The translations under genes and the position numbers were made by a program. Shown piece by piece: positions 12,410-22,394 of a stretch of DNA of 64,000 nt (position 1 is its first letter; every line of letters starts with the position of its first letter). The stretch is taken from the NCBI GenBank assembly GCA_976226885.1, contig OZ320322.1, positions 42,532,001-42,596,000 of the forward strand, given 5' to 3'. This DNA comes from Iphione sp. A-MEVVRFRX5 (lineage: Eukaryota). The notes beneath the pieces are model-generated. The model did no database searches and had not been told where the DNA came from. It worked only from the letters and a program-made list of their open reading frames with translations.

Positions 12410-12874
12410 GGGTGTGACCCTGATGGACTCAACAACTGTGATGCCAGTGAGGACTAAACTATAGTTAAATTGGTAGTCTCAATATTTCTCGGGGTATCAA
12501 GAATGGGTGTGACCCTGAAGGGCAAAATTGGATTGAAACAACTGCTATTATTACGTATAATCTAAATTGTCATAGAATGGATGTGATCCTGAAATGACCT
12601 GGATGCGAAAAGAATGTATTACTAGTCGAAACAATGGATGTGATCCTGAGTGTGTGATAACTGTTGACTGCCATACCAACCTCCTTACCATGAAAGTATG
12701 TTTACTTAATTAATCGAATTGCTGTACGATTAGAATACTTAACTGTACCCAAAGAAAGGAGAAAACAAGGGATGTGATCCTCATTATACCTTGGCATGGT
12801 TTAGTGAAGAAAAAGTCTAACAGCAAGTAACTGACAAATAAAACTCAGCAAACCTATAGCTATGGATGTGATCC
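12410..12874 (+). repeat. Array of six GG(A/G)T-GTG-A(T/C)CC mini-hairpin motifs in the LINE 3' UTR
   Basis: GGGTGTGACCC at 12410 and 12505. GGATGTGATCC at 12579, 12636, 12770 and 12864. The spacers are unrelated and 84, 63, 46, 123 and 83 nt long. A seventh copy is at 9086-9096. Confidence 0.85.
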
Positions 12875-13016
12875 AATATGATATGAGGATGCTTAGTTTA
12901 GTTTAGTTCACTAATATAAAGAGTTAGCATAAAATAGATAGAATCAATTTGTCTCCGTCCCATTAACAAACAACTGGTTGCAAATACAAATATATTGTAT
13001 GAACTTAACCAGAGGA

Positions 13017-13048
13017 AATAAAGCATTCAAAAAAAAAAAAAAAAAAAA
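13017..13048 (+). terminator. Polyadenylation signal and retrotransposed poly(A) tail of the LINE
   Basis: AATAAA at 13017-13022, then gcattc, then 20 consecutive A. Confidence 0.85.
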
Positions 13049-14742
13049 CACATGGAACATTGGCTCATGGATCTGCATAAAGCTCTGGAAACGCTCTAAG
13101 GATGATCTACGCGCCACTTCGCGGAGGATATTGATCTTCGTTCGGGGAGCTTAAATTTCCGTTCAGGCGGACGTAACGAAACAGATTCACGTTAATAGCT
13201 CTATGAATACTTGAATAATTTCTACTTTCGAGGACATTTTTTCCTGTCATACACATACTGCGTAACACACTTGGACACATGTTATCTCTTGATTTGGCTC
13301 TCCAGTAGAATTGGTGACCCCTGTATTGCCCATCTGAAGATTTGAAACTAAGAATTGATAATTTGATTGCCATAATATTGTGTCCATCGGCTCACGCCAG
13401 TCAGCGTGTAGGTTTATCCACCAAGCTCCCACGGTACTGGTAATTAGGGAGAGACATGGTTAGTTATGTGTGAGAGCTGTCAGTTGTCGGACTCATCCGG
13501 CTTAATCTGTTCATGAGGGACTGTAAACGTATGTTTCCGGGGGAATTACATCCGACAAACAGCTGGTTAGGAATTGGTTAGGTCGAGCTGGTTAGGAAGT
13601 GTATACACAAATCCTCATGGCCATGTTGCAGGAGGCATGCATGGTGTGTAAATATACATGTACATGTTTATTTATGATGAGACTCAGGCAGGCTACGTTC
13701 CTCTGTATAATATGACGGCAGAGGTACCAAAGGACGGTTAGTCGAAATTCCAGGAAGCCTACCATACGGTGTTGTCCCAAATTTCATGTAAATAAAATCA
13801 CACACATACATGTATATGCATGTATATTTGCACAGACTCTCCAAGAGATGTCATCCACTGGAACAATATGACTACCTGTACCTGTTAACACAATGACCAA
13901 AGTGTGTCTTCAGTGGTAGGCCTAGTCTGCCATGTAAGAGATTCGTTTCTACATGAATATCTCTAACTTTTCCCTAAATTGTTTGCCGCTGCTTCTGAAA
14001 CTGAAGAAAGCAATCAAGTGATGGCATTATATCTAAAGAGTACTTCCAAATAAAGTGACCAGCTAAAGGAAAAGGGGTATCCAATGCATTAAAAGTTAAA
14101 ATGTAAAATAATCGTATTTGAGGCATAAAAATAAGGCAAATCTAGTCATGAAAAACTCTATTTGCTTATTTTGCATACAGAATCTGTTGCAAAAATCATT
14201 TTTGGTAAATTTTTATTCCTTATTAAATAATTTTGAGTCATGTGATCAGGTATGTTAATGAGCTGATTTACATAAATGCATACATTTGAGATGAATTTAC
14301 ATATTTCACAGTATCTAGGATTGTTACACTATAAAGCGCCAAGGAATACATTTAGTATTGATCTTATATCTTTTGAAAGGTTGGCTGCATCAATTTTGAA
14401 CTGAGATATCTCAGGTTCTTAGAAGGAGTATTTGCACGATCTTTACCCGAAATGATGCCCAAAAGTGTTTTTTAGTTCCCATAGGTGAACACTGGATTAA
14501 ACGTTTTCCCTGGCTAGTTACCATTTCCAAATCTAACATGTTAATGTATTCTTGGGATGTGAGTATCATCATGCACACAACTGCCTGGTTATATTTCGTT
14601 ACGCGTCGTTACATTTCGCCCTGAAGCTTTAATCTCTGTTTACGATGTAGTAAGGAATAAATGGAATGTAGGCCGCAATTCTGTATGACTTAAAAGTGTT
14701 CTCATTTGCTCTGATTACAATATGTAGTAAAGTCTTGGGTAA

Positions 14743-15051
14743 GGCCTTGTTCACATACAGCCGGATTTTTCCATTCTGCACCCTGATACGGGGACGGATT
14801 TGTATCCAACCACTATAGGCATTCACATACATACAGATATTTCCGTGTCCATGTGTGGACACAGAATTTCAACCCATTGAACATGGGTTTTGTCCAGACC
14901 CGGACGCAGATTCCCGTAGAGAGCAATGTTAAAGTGACATATGCTACCCATATGTAACCAATTATGTGCCTCCTCTGCAGGGGGCTCTGCAGGGGGTTCC
15001 ACACCCACGTGCGGGGATGGATTTTTTGTCCAGTTGCATGTGAGCAACCCC
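14743..15051. mobile_element. PIF/Harbinger-like MITE (309 bp)
   Basis: Termini GGCCTTGTTCACATAC ... GCATGTGAGCAACCCC form an imperfect 16-bp TIR (4 mismatches). TAA flanks both sides (14740-14742 and 15052-15054), matching the TWA TSD established for Harbinger. Confidence 0.6.
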
Positions 15052-18000
15052 TAAGGATCAGAAATATTTATAAATGGCCAGAGCCCAATTGCCATCAGTT
15101 TTCCGTCGAATATTAGAAGCATTTTATTCCAAAGAATACTACGTAAGATATACTTGCACGGAAGTTATGGTCGTCTCAGCCTCTGCTCGAGGTATTCTAA
15201 TTACAAAGGGAGATTAGTAAGCAGGAATATAGTCATTCATGGCAGCGTGCGGGCACAACTGCATATCTAAGTATATAGAAATGTCAATTAGCTAGGATGC
15301 CTCCATTCTTATCACAACAGTATGAGATCAATAATTAGGTTAATCCAGTGTGTCCTGCCGATAGAGCATATAGCATAAGACTGCCACTCTTTTGTTGGCG
15401 TGCAGGTGATATGTAAGATCATTTTCATAATATTGTTGTGAAGAGGAAAGTTGAGGTAAAGTTCTAATAAAGTGTTCGTTGTCATGTAAGGTAAACTGGA
15501 AACAACCTTACTTGTTTTTGTTTCCTTACATACTAACAGATTAAATATAAATCAAGACTATTCAAGACTCACTGATATTCTCTGAAAGATGGCTACAACA
15601 CTAAGTGACATGAGATCAGAAGCAAGCAGGAGGCAAAGAAATAACACAACTGGAAGTTCCGTGAGCCTGTCGTTATTGCATCCATACACACGGGAGCAGA
15701 GCTGCAAAGAAAATCACATTCAAGGAGAAAAGCAAATCTAACCAGCACGTTGGAGAAGAGCCACAAGGACAGCCAAGCAAAAATTGATCTGGAGCCTGAA
15801 TCAGAGACGATGTCTCAGCCTGACAGAGCGCCCGAACCTGAGTTGACAAGGTGCAGATATGTCATATGAAACTGCATATTTTAAACATGAGCTAAGTGAT
15901 TAGGGATGGCATCAAGTGCTGGGTCAGAGAATTTTAAGTTCCGAAAGCTGATGGCTGGGCCAAAGTCCCAGCCTGAGGCTTGAGGAACTTAAATTCTCAA
16001 CCAAGCATGAGAAAAAGTCCATAACCACTGTTCTGACACAGTTATGATGAAAACTAACTTTTTACAGGGCTTGTATTCTCCATATTTCAACATTTTAGAA
16101 ACGTTTTGACTGCTATGAAGGCTGTTTATGTTATCGCCATTTTGGATGACTGCAGTGCACATGCTTGTCATAGTTTTCAATGTAGACTTCCGGTTTAGCC
16201 CGGGCAGGAGGCTATTGACAAAATGTTTAAAATCAGTAAAACATATTGAAATATATTCTACACATGTCAGACAGGTGCATTTCTTTTGTATTGCAAGTGT
16301 TTATCTCTGGGTTTTACTTTAAACAGTCCTTTTCCTCCAAAATTCAACTTTTAAAATTCGAGTTGATGCCCATCCACCATTTTCTTTTGCTTACAATCAA
16401 AGGAACGTACACGTCTTTCTTATCCAATGAGAACACAATAATCTAGGTTGGGACAGTTTTTTCCCTAGGGAGTGGGTCCGAGGTTTAGAACTTTTAATTG
16501 AAGACGACTCAGGTCGATGTAAACTTCAAACGTATCTTTTATTCAATAGTCTGGCCATCCTAGAGGCTTACAAAGGCTCCACAAACTCAAAATTGACAAG
16601 AAATTCTTCCAACAACAGATCACAAGTTCCCTCGAGCCCTAGAGCTTGGAGAACCACCATGAATCACAGACAACCTGACAGAGACGCAGAAAATGGATTC
16701 CAGCTGCAGGTGAAACAACCCATATTCATCATGCATCCACATACTGCAGAGCCCACACAGTGCAGTCAGGTGTGCAATACCTGAGGACCTATGATGAGTT
16801 TTTTTCTTATTTTGCCCCGATTTGCTTCTTACATTTATCGTATTGTATCGCATCAAATTCCATCTAAATATTAAAATGTGTTCTTACCTCACACTACTCG
16901 GTAGCCTTATAGGAAAGGTACACCCGACCATGTCTTAAAAAATATTCTCACCTAATGATGCCTAGTGTGTTCCCATATTCCCTTCTCATAGTCATGTTAT
17001 TGCACTGTATTGCATTTAACTGTGTTTAAATAAAATTGCTCTCAGCAGTAATGACGTTGTGTTCAAATTAATGCCATATGGATGAAAGAAGTTTACCATA
17101 TAGATAAGTGTCAAAAAAAACACTGTACTGAAGTGTAGAAACACTAATAGTACGCTTCTTGAAGTCCCCATCTGAGGAAAATGGTGATATTATTTGAAAG
17201 ATACCAGCGTCTGATTCGGGGTTTTATGCTCCAGATAGAATGCTGGGCGTTCTATCAGGAGGCTAACTCAGGGAACAGTCGGATAAAATAATCTTCTGAG
17301 AAATTCATACTCTATCAAAAACCTTGGACGTTTTGGTTGTGGAAAGTGCTAAGTATGATTTGTGTCGGAAGAATGGCTGCAACCATTGTTGATGCCTTCT
17401 CCTCTTTGAGCCCCTGTCTAGAGGCAAAGCACTACTGGATGCCTCCTTTGACCTATCTATCTCGTCATCTAGCTCCACCCTCAGGATTTCAATCAGGATT
17501 TCTTTCTTTGCAGCCATTGCAGTTGTCCTCTTAAGTTTTTCCCCCAATATTTCCCATTTAACAAGTTCAGCAAATTGTGCACAGACAAAATGGAAGAGTG
17601 TAAACATCTTGGGGTTAACTTTCATGAAAAATTATCTAATTTCTTCACAAAGCAATGCACCAGGAATGCAATGCAACCATGCAACATACAGGGTATCCCT
17701 TTGTGTGAGAGAAAGAGACCTTGTGGGAAAAGAAAATAATGTAACCAACCAGGATTGAGTTTAATGCAACTAAAATGCAATCAAATGGAACAACACAAGT
17801 GTTGAAGCTAAACCCTATTCAGGCACCCCTCCCCCCTCCACTAGGATACAACACTAGCCGCAAAGCACTCTGTGTAGTGAAGACAAAGTGGATTTATTAG
17901 CAAAATAATGCTTTTAAAATTCCGACTGGTAATAAGAAGGTGTAAGACCATGATATAACTCTCACTCTGACAAAGTCGTATATCTAACTTGAACTCATTA

Positions 18001-18655
18001 TCCGTTTTTGCCCATGAAAAAAATGCTCACAGTGCGTGAGCAAAGGCAAGCTTTGACTTAACCGATTATTCACAGTACTAGAGGACATTTCCATTTTGTG
18101 TCCCTGGGGACTTTTTCCGTTCCGCTCTGGTCACGCAACCTTACAGAAGGCATCCAGACATCACCACATACTCAGTATCACATTTAAAAAAAAGAAATTG
18201 TAGGTATTATTCAAGTATAATCGTTAAATTAGCGAAATTGACGTCACATACACACTCAAAGGATAGGAGCATTATTTAACCCCCCATGCCTTTGTATGCA
18301 ATAGATATTTGGCACTCATGTATGGGGTTTCTATTTTATGGTATTGTTCACGTGCATGTTACGTATGGTAGTGTTACGTGCATGTACAAGCTTCTTGTTA
18401 CACGTCTTACAGTAAAATGACACCGACTTCAGGCTTGCCACCTTTATACAAGAACCACTAGGCCAGATAGAGTTCTCCAGGGAGGTTCTGCCCACCAGGG
18501 GGCTGTAGAGTCCTAGATGACAGTATCGAACAGGTGGCAACTCACGGAAACTCCAGGGAGGACAGTCTCTTAATGTGGTCGACTTGCATATTTCTATTTA
18601 TTCCATATTTAGGCAAACCAGTTAACTAAAGCCGGAACGTTTGTAGTGTAAAGTA

Positions 18656-18805
18656 CAGTGCTTTAGGAAACCTCTACAAGACGATCCCTGTTTTGGAGAG
18701 TAAAGCGACACAGGCAAATTTCAAATATTTGATAATAAGGACAATCGCCATTATGGACAGGTTTCAAGCAGTCCTATTGCTGTCCGGATTAGAGGAATTC
18801 TACTG
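18656..18805. mobile_element. Degenerate Tc1/mariner (pogo/Tigger-like) MITE
   Basis: TA|CAGTG...GAAACCTCTA at the left and TAGAGGAATTCTACTG|TA at the right. The TIRs are imperfect and the TSD is TA. The termini resemble those of the element at 40480. Confidence 0.4.
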
Positions 18806-19472
18806 TACAGATACTTCCGGTAGAAATAATGTCCCATGTTCCCTGTTGAGCAGCACTGTTTTGTGGCTTTGTCTCTTGGATACTATGCCTCCGCCCAAGC
18901 TAGTATATCTCACCCCGCGTGACAAAAAAACGGTTCCAGTCCTCGGTTAAACTGATACGGAGGGAATTAAAAGTTATGGGACGTCAGAGCCCTAACATAT
19001 TCTGCCCGAGGGGCCCATTTCCAAGTCTCAACGGGGCAATTTGGACAGACATAGATAGCTAAGGCAATGCATTATATAAATAAGATATATTATAGATATC
19101 TGCTCGAAGGGGGAAACAACGTTGGTTCCTAAAATACGTACGGATGCTGCAAATAAATAATCAAAATACCCTTAAATCTCCTTGTGAACCTAGTCGCTCG
19201 TGTTGTTTGCCTTTGAGCCATTTCCCCAGTTGTCGGCTCTGTAGACTACATTGTCTTCTCAAAATGCAATCGATACATTTTGAAGATAGTATTTTCTACA
19301 GTGTATAGAACCAACTGAAGATAGAAAGCGTTTGATATACCCACAGCATGATTATTTTCATAGCGATTAGATAAATCACGTGACACAAAGCTCTTTTGTA
19401 ACCCTTTCATTGCATTTTTTCTGCATAGAATTTTACATAATGAAGACGTTTCTGGTCATGAAGAGCTAGCAC

Positions 19473-19576
19473 TAGTGGGGAACTGACATTTGGCATGAGA
19501 GGCCAACACCTAACCATCTAACCTAAAGGGGAAACCCCTAGCCAAGGCCTAGAGGTTGACCTTATTTTCTCATTAA
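19473..19576 (-). repeat. Direct-repeat copy 1 of a tRNA-Glu(CTC)-like sequence (T-arm partly deleted)
   Basis: Aligns end to end with 22282-22394 at roughly 10% substitutions plus a ~9-nt deletion. It contains the arm TTGGC-CTCTCAT-GCCAA on the minus strand. Confidence 0.8.
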
Positions 19577-19580
19577 AGAA

Positions 19581-22250
19581 TTTCAAAGATTCAAAGTTTT
19601 TTATTCACAATCTCAAAATTACACTCGAAAGTAGGAATTAAGAGTTCTTCCAGCAGAGTCGATAATACAAAACTGGATGAGAGAAAAAAATATGTCAAGA
19701 AAAAAATGAATTTAACATCAACAGTATCTTTCAGGGAAGTAACCATAAATCTGGAGCTTGGTACATACATTCCTTCTCGTCTTTTTCTTACATACTATTT
19801 GAGATTCACCATGGCATTAACTCTCAGACTTTGCAATTTCTCCCTTTTCTTCATATCATTTGGAAGTGCATTCCATAGCCTACATCCACAGTAGATGTAG
19901 GAAGAACTATACAGTGCACAGCGCAGTCTAGGCGATGGTATTGTTAACATTTTCCCTCTCTTTGTCAGAATCCTTGGTCATTTTACCTTGCACACACCAC
20001 ATGCAACAAGTCTGTGTACTAGTTTGACTAGTAACAGTTTCCCTCTATCCCACAATGTCTGAAGTCCATACCTCCTCCTGAGTGACAGTGCACTCCTCTG
20101 TGTTCTTAGTGTCCCCAACACCATTAACCTGAGCTGACGGTTATGTTCAACCTGCAATTCATCTAGATACTTCTTACTCTTGAAGACCAATAGTGGCAAG
20201 CAGTAATCAAATAGAGGTTGAATAAAAACCTTGAAAATCTGTATACAATCAGCCACTGGTAACATTTTAGTCATTTTTGACATGGCAAAACGCCTTTGCC
20301 TGACTCTGCGATGTGTTTCATTTACCATTGTCCTCCACGACAGGTCTGATTCAATGCCATAGCCCAACAGTCTGACTGTCTGTTTTTTGTTATCTCTTCA
20401 TCACCTAGTCTCAGGTCTAGTTCAAGGCCCCTAGCTTTCCCAAAGCTTATATAGCATGTTTTTGCTGCATTCAGGAATAGACCATTTTCTCGACACCAGT
20501 TCATCACATCCCTAATGCCCCTTTGTAATTTCAATCGAAGAGCAAGACCATTTGATGCACTACAAAAAATAGTGCTATCATCAGCATAAATTATGCTGTC
20601 AGTGACCAACAATGAGGCAGGGAGACTATTAATTAGCATCAAGAACATTGGAGGCCGCATGAGGCTGCCTTGGGGCACTCCTTGTCTCACAGCGACTTTG
20701 CTCGATCTCTCCCCATTACAGGATACAAACTGATGCCTGTCTGACAAATATGATGTAAGCCAATTTAAGGTTCTCTCTCACACTCCTGCTTCTTGCATTG
20801 ATTTCACAATGACCTTGTGGTTGATGGCATCAAAAGCCATAGTGAGGTCAAATAGGACTGCACCACAGTATCTTCCTTCATTTACTGTCGAGTAAACATG
20901 TTGCAACAAGGAAGCAACTGCAGTCGATGTCCCCCTTCTCAATCGATATCCATGTTGAGCTTGACTAAAATAGCCAAAACCCTCTAGATACACAGATAAT
21001 CTTTCATACACTAGTTTCTTTACTAATTTGCCCATTGAGTGGATGATCGAGACTGGTCTGTAGTTCTCTTTATTCATATGCGGAGCCTTTTTTTGGACTG
21101 GTGTCACCCTGGATGTGTTCCATTATGGAAGAAATACACTCTCAACTATGGTGTCATTGATCAAGTCCCAAATTCCAGGTGATCAAGCAAAGGGTCACAG
21201 AAAACTCTGGTAGAAACTCCTTCAATCCCACTAGGTTTATGCAGATTGAACTTTCTTATCTCTCTTCTCACCTCGGCAACACTCACTAGCATCATTTCCC
21301 AGGCCTGCTGAATATTCTTATCCCTAATGTGTTTTCATCACTTGGTATGTACTGCTTTGCTAACCCCTCCACTTTTGTGGCAAAATAGTTATTCAGTACT
21401 ACTGGAACATCCTTTTCATCAACCCACCCCTCTGCCTCCCTCAAGTTAATTGTTCCATTCCCCACCCCCTTGCTAAGCACATTTTGATTAATTACTCTCC
21501 AATAGTCCCTGGCTGTACTACAATTTGCTAGTTTCTTTGCAATGTACTTCCTTTTGGCCTTTTTAGCCTCAGATTTTACTCTGTTTTGGTAGTGTTTGCC
21601 AATTCTTAGACTGTTTATGTTGCCTGTCCTCATATATTCTGAATAATAATAGTCCCTATTCCTGCGTAGTTCATCAACTACACCAGTCATCCAACCTACG
21701 CCTGTATGTTTACACCCTTTTCTCACTGGACATAAGATCTCAGCTGCTGATCGCATGGAGTCTTCAAAGACTCTCCATTTTTCTGCAGTATTGTCACTTT
21801 GCCTAGACTGTGTTACCATATTTCCTACCATGTCCGCTACATCTAATGGGTTGTAATTTTTCCACGATCTAGCTTCAAACACCAATTTGGTCTTAACAGT
21901 CCTGGCTTTTTTATCCAATATGTAGACTGGAAGGTGGTCACTCACACAACACTGAAGGGTTCCTGCAGCAGTGATATGCCTGATATTCGAGAAAATCAGG
22001 TCTAAACACGCTATACTTGTTTTGTGAATTAACGTGGGACTATTGATGTACTGTTGGAGGTGAAATGTTCTAGCCAGATTCTCTAACTGACTCACTCCCT
22101 ACTCTTTTGCAGCCAATTTAAGTTGAAATCACCCCCAAACACCACATCAACATTAACTTAAAACTCTCCCTTACACAATTGATTTGGTATATACTACTCA
22201 TGCCATTATAATATACATATATGCTCTTCACTTGGTATTTTTCATATATT
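19581..22250 (-). mobile_element. Decayed, 5'-truncated CR1/L2-group LINE (frameshifted ORF2)
   Basis: Fragments in successive frames: GGDFN, SPT...LDLIFSN, SDHLPV (APE, 21292-22140); TPVQKK..NYRPVS, QHGYR, FDLTMAFDAINH (20778-21107); GVPQGS, YADD (20322-20747); FIQPLFDYC (19978-20367); LWNALP near 19860. The 3' end on the minus strand is AATAAAAAAC followed by TTTGAA-type repeats (plus 19581-19605). Confidence 0.92.
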
Positions 22251-22281
22251 GGCATGGGGGAAATACACATAGTAGGGAGAA

Positions 22282-22394
22282 TAGTGGGGAATTAAACCCC
22301 AGACCTTTGGCATGAGAGGCCAACACCTGACCATCCAAGCTAAAGGGGAAACCCCTAGCCAAGGGTTAGAGGTTGACTTTTATGGCCTCATTAA
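22282..22394 (-). repeat. Direct-repeat copy 2 of a tRNA-Glu(CTC)-like sequence (pseudo-tRNA / SINE head)
   Basis: Minus strand: A-box TAGCTTGGATGG (plus 22331-22342), anticodon arm TTGGC-CTCTCAT-GCCAA (22307-22323), T-arm GGGG-TTTAATT-CCCC (22286-22300). The acceptor stem does not pair, so this is not called a functional tRNA. Confidence 0.8.

Larger units (their letters stand above)
9083..13048 (+). mobile_element. Non-LTR retrotransposon (LINE), CR1/L2 group, single intact ORF
   Basis: APE-RT ORF, about 620-nt 3' UTR, AATAAA at 13017-13022 and a pure A20 tail at 13029-13048. The 5' end is not defined. 9083 is the first position of a 16-mer shared with the 3' UTR. No TSD was found. Confidence 0.9.

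Noticed and set aside
12410-12660. Hairpin followed by CTGA read as type III hammerhead ribozymes
   Set aside because: The CUGANGA core is not kept (CTGATGG, CTGAAGG, CTGAAAT, CTGAGTG), there is no consistent stem II + GAAA, and the base at the cleavage position would be G.
9398-12717. Second 5'/3' complementary pair (TCGATTAATT at 9398 vs AATTAATCGA at 12708)
   Set aside because: Only 10 nt, AT-rich, and not nested with the 9546/12944 helix. Compatible with chance.
12410-12874. Motif array read as a CRISPR array
   Set aside because: The repeat core is only 11-16 nt, spacers range from 46 to 123 nt, there are no cas genes, and the context is a eukaryotic LINE 3' UTR.
14065-14500. Kolobok-like DNA transposon end (CTAA|AGG...)
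   Set aside because: No matching opposite terminus or TSD found.
16447-16893. Possible minus-strand solo LTR (TGTGAGG start, AATAAA, CTAG/CTAC flanks)
   Set aside because: The 3' end is not CA and the TSD is only 3/4 matched. No second copy in the window.
17170-17520. Possible Harbinger transposase N-terminus (RRRHQQWLQPFF...FPEL...TIFLRWG)
   Set aside because: The resemblance needs several frameshifts and no catalytic DDE motifs are visible. Not supportable without an HMM search.
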